A stretch of 63,999 nt of DNA, the filler included, from Octopus bimaculoides (taxonomy: Eukaryota), in assembly GCF_001194135.2 (NCBI RefSeq). It is 5 parts of 5 records of this genome, joined end to end, with 100 filler letters (N's around TTAATTAATTAA, not from the genome) between each part and the next. Parts side by side here need not be neighbours in the genome. Positions count along the whole stretch, not along the records: positions 1 to 30,603 come from NC_068993.1; 4 more parts are not named here. The stretch is one strand, 5' to 3'. Of this stretch, positions 12,818-24,370 are shown one piece after another. Each line of letters opens with the position of its first letter. The stretch's first letter is position 1. The notes under the pieces are model-generated. The model had not been told where the DNA came from and did not search any database. It was given only the letters and a program-made list of their open reading frames with translations. The position numbers were made by a program, and so were the translations under genes.

Positions 12818-13882
12818 AGCGAGAAAATTAAGTGAAGCCACGACTATGTATATGGGCGAGCATAATTTGTTCCTTTTTTGCTCACTTAATTATTTTTTTC
12901 TTCGAGGAATATTTCTGAGAAATATTCCGACGTCGGGAAATCACCAAAATAGCGTGGCTCACCAATGTAGAGAGTTGTATGGAGTGTTCTCTTGCGAGTT
13001 TTGTTTAGAAGGCGAATGTATGAACGAACTCAACATACGTTATTTCAGGGGCGTACAAGCGGTAGTAAGTGATATTACAATTTTTAAGTAAATGTTGAAT
13101 AAAATGTATGGGAACAGAATATACTATTTCGAGTGTTGGATGACAAGAAAATTTTCAACAGACTTTTTAAAGGATGGTCCTTCGTGGCTTAAATGATTCC
13201 TGGAATTACATGGCGTAGTTGATTTTAGGGTCATGCTCGCGTATCAAAATGTGATGGTAACACTACGCCGGCCGATCTGCAACTAATCAGCTCTTTCAAA
13301 AAGCATGCGATACTGCTGGGAGGAAGCTGCTACATGTATTCTTCCGCAGCCAGCTCCAATGGTTCGAAGTGGACATAGCACGGCGTGTTACTCCGCCATG
13401 ACAAAATGAATCCCTCCTGGCAGTCTACAATATGTTCTATCCGGTGGTGTTCTACAAAGGGAATTGAAATATTTTTGACGACTGAGCATAGTCCTTTACA
13501 AAATTGATTTTAGTTGATTCAGAAATGTGAAGTCTAATTGAGTTTTTGTGTGTATTTTTGGTCGTATTTTAGTGTAATACGTTCATTAGCAGAGGCTGCT
13601 TTATAATAAAGATGGAAACTTGCGCATTTCTGAGAACGAACCTATTATTTATACTGTCAGATTAACAATTTGCTTTATGAAAAACATCGTTTCTACTTTG
13701 AAAATGATTTCCTTTCGAAATTTGTTTTACTTTTGTTCCGGACCAGAGATAATCTTCATAGGCATATAATCAACTGAGATTCATTTAAAGATATTATTTT
13801 GCATAGGACTACTAGTCATCTTCATGCGTGCGTTATTCGAAATATATATAAAACAATACTCTCTCTGTTTCTCTCTCTCCCT

Positions 13883-13921
<39 letters not shown>

Positions 13922-13962
13922 ATACACACACACACACAAACACACACACACATACACACACA

Positions 13963-14003
<41 letters not shown>

Positions 14004-14544
14004 AAATTGGATACAGAGAGAGGTCATTGCGCCAAAAGGATTACACTCATTTATTCGTTAAACTTGTTCAGGTTTAATTCATAAGCTTTCTCTTTTAGTA
14101 ATAAATTTATTTAATATGACGTATCTTAAACTGAGTCTTGGCAGCACTACGAATATGAATGGTCTAAAATACACCTGATAAGAATTAAATATAAGAAGTT
14201 TATGTACAGTTTAGAAGAGCCTTAATCGTAAAAGATACCGATCTAAGCAGGATCTGATATTTTACTAGGTGCCACCATTCTGATAAACTCCAGCTAACAT
14301 CTAGAATGGATCATAACAATCTAGCTGTCTCGTTTTTCATGTGACACACTGTGCTTTCATTCAAAAGTGAGTAGCTTTTCCCATATTTAATCTTGAAGCC
14401 TCAATTAGTAAATGTTTTCATCTGCCTAAATGTGTGTACGTACGCATGCGTGTGTATTTATGCCTGTATGTATGTATGTATGTATGTATGTATGTATGTA
14501 TGTATGTATGTATGTATGTATGAATTTATGTGTGATGTGTGTAT

Positions 14545-14655
14545 AAACGGCTACATGTTTAAGAATCTTTAGTTGCATTCAAGTCGTTTTGAATTCAGTT
14601 CCATTGCATAGTGCATTGGGCAAGTGTTCTCTGCTATAGTCCCCGGCCGACCAAT
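14545..14655 (+). mobile_element. SINE family A head, decayed
   Basis: ..TTCAGTTCCATTGCATAGTGCATTGGGCAAGTGTTCTCTGCTATAGTCCCCGGCCGACCAA matches the family A head. Confidence 0.7.
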
Positions 14656-14685
14656 TGTATACAGAAGTGGGTCGATATCCGTCGC

Positions 14686-14776
14686 ATATTCCAGTGACGG
14701 AATACTTAACTTAAGGGATCTTTACTCAATATCACAATCCACATACTTAGCTATTCTCGAAACAGCTGTAAGAGAC
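14686..14776 (+). ncRNA. Degenerate hammerhead-like motif (GAAAC-AGCT-GTA family)
   Basis: CCAGTGACGGAATA..TATTCTC-GAAAC-AGCT-GTA-AGAG. The 3' half is identical to the 16465 motif but the CUGANGA box is degenerate. Confidence 0.35.
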
Positions 14777-15021
14777 ATTATATATTCTCTTTTTCAGTGA
14801 TGTCAAATATTTTGCGTTTTCATTTTCTATTTTAATCTATATCCACCCGCTCATGGAAAAAACAATTCTCGTCGCCTTTGATAGCCATTTTCAGCACCAC
14901 ATTTTTCAATTGCTGTGCAAGCCAGAGTTTTAGTGATAAACAAAACTGAACACTCATAGTACATACCTGTTACATAACACCAGTTGATGAAAGCTTCTTG
15001 TATTTTCTCTCTCTGTTTCTC

Positions 15022-15077
<56 letters not shown>

Positions 15078-15274
15078 ACTATATATATATACATTACAAA
15101 GACTCTCCCGTCAGTAGACGACGTATGCAGGTTCGGCAATTTCTTACAGAACGACCACATTGTTGAATTTTTTGTAGTGATCAAATGATTTTGTTCACTT
15201 AATCTCACTCTCTACATCAAATTGACATTACCTGTACTGGTGTACAACGTGCCGGGAGTCAAATAGCGATAAGA

Positions 15275-15400
15275 CCGCAGTGCAACATGAAATGAAGTGT
15301 TTTGCTCGTGAAAACAACGCAACGACCAGTCAGGTATTCGAAACTACGATTTCTCAACCGTGAGTGCAATCCTCTAACCACTAAGCCGTGCGCCTTCACA
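15275..15400 (-). mobile_element. SINE family G
   Basis: Reverse strand TGTGAAGGCGCACGGCTTAGTGGTTAGAGGATTGCACTCACGGTTGAGAAATCGTAGTTTCGAATACC is a tRNA-like head with A/B boxes. Confidence 0.75.
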
Positions 15401-15563
15401 TGTATGTATGTATGTATGTATATATGTATGTATGTATATATGTATGTATGTATGTATGTATGGATGGATGGATGGATGCATGTATGTAAATGTTTGTATG
15501 CAAAAGATATGTAATTTAAAAATATAAATAAGATTTAAATATAAATAAGATACACACACACAC

Positions 15564-15594
<31 letters not shown>

Positions 15595-15644
15595 TGTATG
15601 TATGTATGTATGTATGTATGTATGTATGTATGAGCTGCTCTGCG

Positions 15645-16340
15645 TCAGGCGCCGGAAGGATATCTAATCACTTTATCGAGAGCTTTGGATGTCGGTATGG
15701 TGTCTAGCACGAGATAATCTACATCATGGGCAGGTAGAAGCTCTTTAACTGTGGATGGTAATCTACCCAGGAGAAGGAAATCTCCAAAATAAAACCTGAT
15801 GTCTTGGAAGTTCCAGGTTTTGTCAATTCTCGTGTCACACCGGCGATGGCATTCTTGGGTCAATAGGTGGTGGTGGTAGGGGGTGCAGTGCAGGCTACAC
15901 CCATTGAAAATTATTTATCTGCAAAGATACTTCTTGTACTCCAAATCTTAGTAAAACCATTGAATCGGGTGGTAGAAGCCTAAAAATGCACTTGCAACTT
16001 CCTCTAAAATGTCTCGATCAGATTCAGTAAATAACAAAGATATCTTGGAAACATCAGGGGAACAGGTTTGGCTCGGAAAGTGTTCCAGTGTGTCACAGGC
16101 TGGTCCCGGTCGTCATTCCACCACTGTGGTCAAACAATCTTTAAGGGTAAGTTACTTCAGTTTGTTGACTCTTTCATCTACTTCGGAATCTTTGTACAAA
16201 ATTATAGAAATCTTGACACAGAAATACTTCCACGAATTCAAAGGACAACAAATGCATGTGATGTACTCACTGTGGATGTCTCTTCAACACATTCTCTGGA
16301 TTAAAAATCCACATCAGGCGCCAGCATGGATCTAAGTTGT
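15645..16340 (+). mobile_element. RTE-like LINE remnant (5'UTR-like part joined to RT C-terminal part)
   Basis: LQFVDSFIYFGIFVQNYRNLDTEILPRIQRTTNA resembles RTE LEVVDSFTYLGS..LDAEI..RI.KA. Upstream CCCAGGAGAAGGAAATCTCCAAAATAAAACC resembles RTE 5' regions. Confidence 0.55.
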
Positions 16341-16464
16341 AAGAGGTTGTCAGACTCTGCATAAGGATATAGAAACACTTACATACATGCATATCTATCT
16401 ATCTATATATATGTATATATATACATATAAGCTGTGTATAAGATAGAACATTTAAAAATCGAAT

Positions 16465-16514
16465 GTCTTACAGCTGTTTCCAGGATTTTTTTATTATATC
16501 CCTTCATCGGAGAC
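16465..16514 (-). ncRNA. Type I hammerhead-like motif with one core change (CCGAUGA)
   Basis: Minus strand GTCT-CCGATGA-A-GGGAT-(11 nt)-ATCCT-G-GAAA-C-AGCT-G-TA-AGAC. Stem I GTCT/AGAC is perfect, the stem III loop is palindromic and the triplet is GUA. Confidence 0.6.
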
Positions 16515-17400
16515 GGTGTGAGAGGATGATTAAGCAATAGTTAGTTTAGTTAAGACAGGAAATAGATAGTGAGTGTAGGGATAATGTATTTATAAATCCA
16601 TTGTTTAGGCAGAATTGTATACATATAACATTCCAATACCTTGTGAGTAAGATCCGATTGTGGGTATATATATATATATATATATATNNNNNNNNNNNNN
16701 NNNNNNNNNNNNNNNNNNNNNNNNNNNNNNNNNNNNNNNNNNNNNNNNNNNNNNNNNNNNNNNNNNNNNNNNNNNNNNNNNNNNNNNNNNNNNNNNNNNN
16801 NNNNNNNNNNNNNNNNNNNNNNNNNNNNNNNNNNNNNNNNNNNNNNNNNNNNNNNNNNNNNNNNNNNNNNNNNNNNNNNNNNNNNNNNNNNNNNNNNNNN
16901 NNNNNNNNNNNNNNNNNNNNNNNNNNNNNNNNNNNNNNNNNNNNNNNNNNNNNNNNNNNNNNNNNNNNNNNNNNNNNNNNNNNNNNNNNNNNNNNNNNNN
17001 NNNNNNNNNNNNNNNNNNNNNNNNNNNNNNNNNNNNNNNNNNNNNNNNNNNNNNNNNNNNNNNNNNNNNNNNNNNNNNNNNNNNNNNNNNNNNNNNNNNN
17101 NNNNNNNNNNNNNNNNNNNNNNNNNNNNNNNNNNNNNNNNNNNNNNNNNNNNNNNNNNNNNNNNNNNNNNNNNNNNNNNNNNNNNNNNNNNNNNNNNNNN
17201 NNNNNNNNNNNNNNNNNNNNNNNNNNNNNNNNNNNNNNNNNNNNNNNNNNNNNNNNNNNNNNNNNNNNNNNNNNNNNNNNNNNNNNNNNNNNNNNNNNNN
17301 NNNNNNNNNNNNNNNNNNNNNNNNNNNNNNNNNNNNNNNNNNNNNNNNNNNNNNNNNNNNNNNNNNNNNNNNNNNNNNNNNNNNNNNNNNNNNNNNNNNN

Positions 17401-17464
<64 letters not shown>

Positions 17465-18421
17465 AAATGTTTGTTTTATTAAATTCTTCCGCTTTCTTCC
17501 TCGCTAGCAGGCAAATATATTTCCATCAATTTGGCCGTTTCTGTCACATATTCACTGACTTATTGTTTTTAATAATAACCGCTACTCCCATATTGAATAA
17601 CTTTGTCTTACAAGGTGAATTGTGATGTAGGACCAGTGCACCATTTCATGTCACCTCTCTCGTAGCTCCCAGGGCACTAAATGATTTATTTATTAATATT
17701 GTAGTGCTCTCATTTATTATGATAACGAAGTGACACTGTTAAGTATTTCTATGCCTGCCACCCTGATTTTACTCGATTATTTTACAAACATCCCGTTCTC
17801 TAGCTATAAGTATTGTATCCACTTTGCCAATATATAGCATTAAATAACTTTATCCGACAATATTGCATTGTTCTTGACATATTTACACCTTTAATAATCT
17901 CCAGCGACCGCATTAACCAAATTTATTTACCACACACTTCCTCACAATCTCTTGTTCCTGATAGAGATTCTCCTGTCATTTTTCGCAAATTTACCTGTTT
18001 GTTCAAGAATGAAATTGAAAATAAGAAATATTATGACAAACTTTTTACACTACCTTAAAATGTATCTTCCAAATGGTTATACGTTATACTAACTAAAGTT
18101 GATAGTGGCCATCAGCATTTTGTATTTCATGATAAAACATGGTTATTAGAGCAGAAGTTTAACGGTATCATTCTCATTACACCAGTAAAGTTACTCTGAT
18201 CGTTACTTTCTTACCTACTTTCCGAAGTTTTCATAAGCGTAGCGTTGTCAATATTAGTGATATTATATAGGTAATCAATACAGTGGAAATTACTTTAAAC
18301 TAGCAGCTTTCTGGACTTTAGGAATGACAACAAAAAATGACAGATTTTAGCAATATATGCTGCGAATGTTCATATGTTTAATCGTTGAGGAATACGTAGC
18401 ACATATATATATATATGTGTA

Positions 18422-18457
<36 letters not shown>

Positions 18458-18553
18458 TATGTATATATATGTATACGCACATACATATACATATATATCA
18501 TGTTCTTATATATGTATATATATACATACATATACATATATATCACATTATCG

Positions 18554-18587
<34 letters not shown>

Positions 18588-19954
18588 NNNNNNNNNNNNN
18601 NNNNNNNNNNNNNNNNNNNNNNNNNNNNNNNNNNNNNNNNNNNNNNNNNNNNNNNNNNNNNNNNNNNNNNNNNNNNNNNNNNNNNNNNNNNNNNNNNNNN
18701 NNNNNNNNNNNNNNNNNNNNNNNNNNNNNNNNNNNNNNNNNNNNNNNNNNNNNNNNNNNNNNNNNNNNNNNNNNNNNNNNNNNNNNNNNNNNNNNNNNNN
18801 NNATATATATATATATATATATGTAAGGACAACAAAGGAATAAACAGTTACGTTATGAACTTCATTAGCTTATAACTGTTTCTGCTACGATATGCAATAC
18901 ACTTATAGTATATCAATTCCATTGCCCGTTTTTATCATCGCAGTGCCTATGGGAGATATTAAGAGGCATACATACACACATACATTCATACATGCATACA
19001 TACATATACACACGCACGCGTGCACATACATACACACACATATACAAACATATATACATGGTGAATAGTATTTTACACTTATTCTATTGATAATACAACT
19101 GTTTTTAATTTTGTGCATTTTATCGACATCTGTATTTATATTTTCTTGTGCGACGTTCTTGCAGTTTCGGTAGAACAAAAAGTGGAGGAATCGGATATGT
19201 ATGTAGAGGCAAATGTTAGTAATAACCAAAATTAGATCATTTACGCTAATGTCTTGCCCATATGAAGCAATACATTAAAGAATCTACTGAGTAATGCAAA
19301 TACTAATCAACAACAGCCGATCTGGCACAGTAATAGAACAGGTCATTGAACAACATCATATGAAATTCAAGGTAGCAAATGCATGAAGCACTATATTTCT
19401 AAACAGTACACGCACCAGCATCAAGTGATTGGTATGGATCAAATGCACACTGGTGATAGAATAGATAAACACATTATCGAATATCACACGTACAAATCAC
19501 ATGATACATTATAGCAAATTATAAACCAACATCAGTAATATAGAAGAAAGACACTAAAATTGGAAACAAAAAATCAAACAAGTAAACACGCGAAATGTCT
19601 ACCACATTCGAATGGAAATTAAAAACACAGTTGTTAATGGAATAGTTGTTAACTTCTCAACTTCAACTGTTATATTTTCCAGAAGCGTAAGGCACTCACC
19701 TACCGATACCACATGCAATTTCAAAAATTAGCAACAATGATATTCTAAAGTATACAATACAGAAGAAAATTTGACAGGAATTGAAGACTTGGCATATATA
19801 AACGGATCTCTCAAAATATATTAACACAGAGACAACACACGAAAACAAAGACAACAATATTTACTCAAGCTATGTCATATAAATCTAGAAGTTAAAGATG
19901 AGAACCAAAATATATGTGTACGAGTGAATGTATGTATATACATGTGCAGTGTGA

Positions 19955-22302
19955 GTTTAAATCGTTCCATGACCGAGCTCGTCTTACGATTTACTCATGT
20001 TACAAATCATTTTTCCCCATTGAAATTAACTAAAATATTATTAATCCGTTTCATCCCGCAAAACCACTCAAAAATAATTTTTGATTGGTTTTAAATCAGA
20101 AAAGACGTAGTTACAAGTCAGACGATAATTATAAAAAAGAAAATGCAAAAGCAATATGTAAACTGGCTTCATTAACTGAATTACCTGAAAGATAGGACGA
20201 TTTGTGCCTGAGGAAGACGATGGAGCGTGGATGAAGATTACTGTTTGGAAGCAGATTCTCCGTCTATTAAGACTTCAGGAAGAACAATTTCTGGTGTTTT
20301 CTCTCTCACTTCGCTTAATTTAGGCTTTTCGGACACACTTTCTTCATTGTTTATACTTGCAGGTCGTTTCATTAGAAATCTATCAAGAGAAGTGTGCTTT
20401 TTCCTGCCTTTCAAAATGTTACGGAAATGCGCCAGAGTAGAGTCATTAAATAAAACAGCTGAACAACCTGTAGCTACTTTTTCAGGATATTTTTCTACAG
20501 ATTCAGAAGCATTCTGCCACTTTGCTAACAATGCCTTTATGTCACTCGTACAAATAGCATTCTCTGCTACACGGTCATCTCCAAGGAACCAATCTCTTCC
20601 ACCGCACCCAAATGCTGCTGATCCTGTAGCTGCAGGAGTTCATCTGTTGTCAGCTCCTTTGAGTGTTCCCCGACGAGATGGTTAATGTCCCCATCATTAA
20701 CCTCAATGCCATGGACTTGCTAAGAGATTCTATCTCCTCGACCACAGGTATCTCAAACCCAAACCTCTCGAAGTCTCTTTCGGTAAAGCAGTCAGGCCAC
20801 AGTTTCTTCCTTGCAGAATTCAGCGTTCTCCTCGTTACACCCTAACAGGCCATATCGGATGATTTTTAGGCAATTTACAATGTTGTAGTGCTCCTTCCAA
20901 AATTCACGAAGGGTTAAATCACTTCAAAGCACTGACGAAAGAGTTGTTTGGTGTACAATTTCTTAAAATTAGAAATCCCCTGTTGGCCCATGGGCTGCAA
21001 GATAGAGGTGGTGTTGCGTGAAAGGTACATAACTCTTATGAATTGAAATTCGTCCAGGATATCATCTTCAGGGTTAGGCAGGTCAGCAGGAGCAGTATCG
21101 AGGAAGATTGTACTCCAGAACATACTTTTTCACTGCCGGTCCGAAGACAAGGTTAACCCACTCGGGGAAGAATTGCTTGGTATTCAGGCTTTAACGTTTG
21201 CCCTCCACATAACCTGCAGCTTCGCCTTCAGGATTTTGTGGACTTGAACGCTCGCGAGTTTTCAAAATGGTAGACAAGGAGTGGCTTAATCTTCAAGTCT
21301 CCACTTGAATTGGCACAAAAGGTGAGAGTTAGCCTATCTTTCATAGGCTTGTGGCTTGGCATTTTCTTCTCCTCTGCAGTTATGTAGGTTCTTCTGAGAA
21401 TATTTTTCCAAACAAGGCCCGTTTCATCACAGTTGAGTACCTGTTGTGCGATGTACCCCTCTGCTGTGATGAGCTGATGGAATTCACGCGCGAAATCTTC
21501 AGCTTTCTTCGTGTCAGAACTCGTTGCTTCTACATATCCGACGACGCTATGAACACCAGTCCTCTTCTTGAAATTATCAAATGAGCCGCAACTGGCCTTA
21601 AATACGTGTGCTGATTCTCCTCCATCGATGTTCTAAGGTTCTGCTTCAGGAGATCCCCATATAGCGCTGGTGCTTTCTCGCAGATGGTCTCTGTAAAACG
21701 TATCTCCTGCAAGTTGCTTCTCGTTGATCCACAGGAGAAGCAATTTTTCCATCCTTTCGTGGACAGATATGCGTTGCTTAGAGAGCCTGGAGGCACCATT
21801 TGCAGTTGTAATGGCCTTGATCTCGTTCTTTTTCTTCAGGATGGTGTGAATCTTCGACGTGCTTCGGTCATATTGATGTGCTATGTCCGTCCACTACACA
21901 CATTCCTCTCTCATATTTATAAATGATTTCCTTCTTCAATTATATCGCAATCAACTTTTTCTTTTTCTCAGCACTATTCTTTGCACTGACCTTCTTAGGA
22001 CCCGTGGCTAACACAACTAATTATTATAAAATGATAGCAAAAATATCCAAAACTAAACAAAGACACAGGGAAAAACACAGTAAGAATGCTGCCACAATGA
22101 GATGAACACGTGAACTGGGCGAGCGGAGACCGCGCCTGTTGGGAGAACGTGCGCGAGCTCAGCGTCGACTAGCGGTCGCTTATATGAGACTCGCTCATAC
22201 TGCGGATTCCTGCTCGTACTTCAAAACAACAGTTCGCACGAGCCGCGGCTCGTACAGCAAATTACTCGTACAATGCGGCATTCGTACTGCGAGGTTCTAC
22301 TG
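19955..22302 (-). mobile_element. pogo/Tigger-like DNA transposon, near full length, decayed
   Basis: Begins TA|CAGTAGAACCTCGCAGTACGAAT at 22302. The distal end is recognisable to about 19955, but its terminal TIR bases are lost. Confidence 0.88.
20238..22005 (-). pseudogene. Tigger-type (CENP-B HTH + DDE) transposase pseudogene
   Basis: TGPKKVSAK..MEKLLLLWINEKQLAGD..ETICEKAPALYGDLLKQ, NCDETGL, KPMKDRLTL, FLDTAPADLP..NTTSILQPMGQQGISNFKKLY, FRNILKGRKKHTSLDRFL. It has multiple frameshifts and the start reads ACG. Confidence 0.92.
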
Positions 22303-22529
22303 TATTCATATATTTATATAGATATGTATGTATATACAAACACACATACATATACATATTGTATTTCTATACTACCTATATACATTTATATTTTATGCAT
22401 GTGCATATACGTACATGTATGTGTGCGCGCGTGTGTGCATGCATGTGTGTGTTTGTGTTTGTGTGTGTGTGTGTGTGTGTATGTACCGATGGTCATGTAT
22501 ATAACTGTGTGTCTGCATGCTTATATAGT

Positions 22530-22650
22530 CTAGTGGTGAGGGTGTCGCACTCGCTATCATAATATCACAAGATAGTGGTTTCGATTCTCAGACAGGCTCT
22601 TGAGTAAAATACTTTAGTTTACGTTACCCTAGCCCATTCAGCTGTAAATA
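22530..22650 (+). mobile_element. SINE family G, decayed
   Basis: TAGTGGTGAGGGTGTCGCACTC..GTGGTTTCGATTCTC..CTTGAGTAAAATACTT..CATTCAGCTGTAAAT. Confidence 0.6.
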
Positions 22651-22769
22651 AGAATCCCTGATGCGGACTGTGTCCCGTTTAGTATGGGTTTCGAAACATT
22701 GTGATAGGATTATGTATATGTACATATGCTAAGTCGCATTCTGTTCTGATAGAAGATAAAGAAGAAGAA

Positions 22770-23835
22770 TGAGTAAAGCATATGTGCTTTCCAATAGGAG
22801 AGTCGTAAGGGTTTTGTACATTGTTGTAAGACAATCTATGAATCTGTTGCTCTTTCGATTTTGTTTCATCATAGGGAACAAAAATGTGGTACCATTGGCC
22901 AATCATTCTAGGGTCCTCTGCAGTTCCTTCATAATTGAGTTCTACCAAGAAGTTAGTTTCTTGAGTGATTCTGTAAACAAATTGTGCCAATAGTTTGAAA
23001 TGTTGTCCATACAAATAATTTCCATCTACTGGACTTTTTAATGTGTGCCTGACATCTACTCTTATCTCTTCACATATTTGCTTCTTCTCTTTATCTGAGC
23101 CCAATATCTTTTTTTCTATTAATTCATGGGTTAACACAGTTGTGCTTTTTTTCTTCCACCAAATTTTGGGTTCAAAACTGCAGTATTTCATGCTCTGTGG
23201 TGATTTCTCCTATTTTGACGTTTTAATTCCCAATACGCCCGATAGAACCTGTTTGAAATATTTTTAAACATGCAGTTATCGTTGAAGAATCTAAATCGAT
23301 TTTCGAAGCGGCGTATAATCGCAGCTTTGGCATGCACATTTTGCTTTAACTTCTCCACTCCACTACTTCAGCAAATAGATGTTCTGACTTCAATTTATAC
23401 TTTCTCATTATCTTTCTCCTCTTAGATATTTCTTTTTATCATGGTTGTTGCTTTATTATGGCTTTTCAATGTTTCTTCATGAAATCGGAGAGTTTCGAAT
23501 TGTTCCTTCATTTTTCACGCCATGCTGATTCGAGGATTTGTCAGTCTTTTCACACTTGTACAGCACACCTTTTAGTGTAGAGTGTAGTGGCAGCATAGAG
23601 TATCTTTTTCAAGGATGTGATGACAAGTTCGTTTTTGTTTACTCACTATGTAGTTTGAGGGTTGTGTTCGCCTAACATAATATTTTATCATTTTCTTTAC
23701 TAATGTGGATGTCTGGAAGGTTGCTGCGTTCCTTCACATCCATATTTAGGTCAATTTAGCGTTTATATTTTCTTCAAGGTTTTTCGGGTCCCATTTGTTA
23801 TCAACATTATTTATCTTCTCTAAACTGTTGGCGTT
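22770..23835 (-). mobile_element. R4/Dong-type non-LTR fragment 5 (N-terminal region to start of RT)
   Basis: RRKIMRKYKLK..EKLKQNVHAKAAIIRRFENRFRFF..CMFKN..RFY and CLTTMYKTLTTLL (cf. NYRPITCLPTMYK). Confidence 0.72.
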
Positions 23836-23836
23836 C

Positions 23837-23838
<2 letters not shown>

Positions 23839-23927
<89 letters not shown>
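23839..23927. repeat. (TTA)n tract, tail of fragment 4
   Basis: Pure TTA run. Confidence 0.97.
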
Positions 23928-24269
23928 GTTCAGTAGTTTTGTTTTTTATAACGTGCTTTCATTTCACTGCCGAGCGCAGCTCTGTGTGCCTTGGGTATGT
24001 GCTGTGGTTTGCTGTGATGCTCTTATGGTTACTGTATTGAAAGTGTTTTGCGTAGGATGTGTGCAGTGCCCAGTAGTGCAATTTTCTATATGTTATATAT
24101 ATTTGTAAGTCCTGGTGTTTTTGTTATGTATTTGTCTGAATATTTTTTTATTATACTTAAGGCACCTACTATGATAGGAATTGTTTCTGTTTTTAGATTC
24201 CACATTCGAGTTATCTCTATTTCCAGGTCTTTATATTTTGAAAGTTTTTCCATTTCTTTTAGGGAAGTG

Positions 24270-24270
<1 letters not shown>
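23928..24270 (-). mobile_element. R4/Dong-type fragment 4 (5'-truncated, RLE C-terminus + 3'UTR)
   Basis: LKEMEKLSKYKDLEIEITRMWNLKTETIPIIVGAL..LLGTAHILRKTLSIQ*. Very similar to 41871-42316. Confidence 0.92.
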
Positions 24271-24272
<2 letters not shown>

Positions 24273-24345
<73 letters not shown>

Positions 24346-24370
24346 CATTATTATTATTATTATTATTATT
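24273..24370. repeat. (TTA)n tract, tail of fragment 3
   Basis: Near-pure TTA run. Confidence 0.97.

Noticed and set aside
17500-18250. Hydrophobic reading frame (GPCR-like) on plus, or APE endonuclease GVAVIIKNN motif on minus
   Set aside because: There are multiple stops and only one short motif in each case. It may be a very old LINE fragment but I cannot support it without a profile search.
19300-19900. Possible decayed Penelope GIY-YIG (STTFEWKLK, CNF..KLA)
   Set aside because: The resemblance is faint and the YIG core is not recoverable. It needs tblastn or HMM confirmation.
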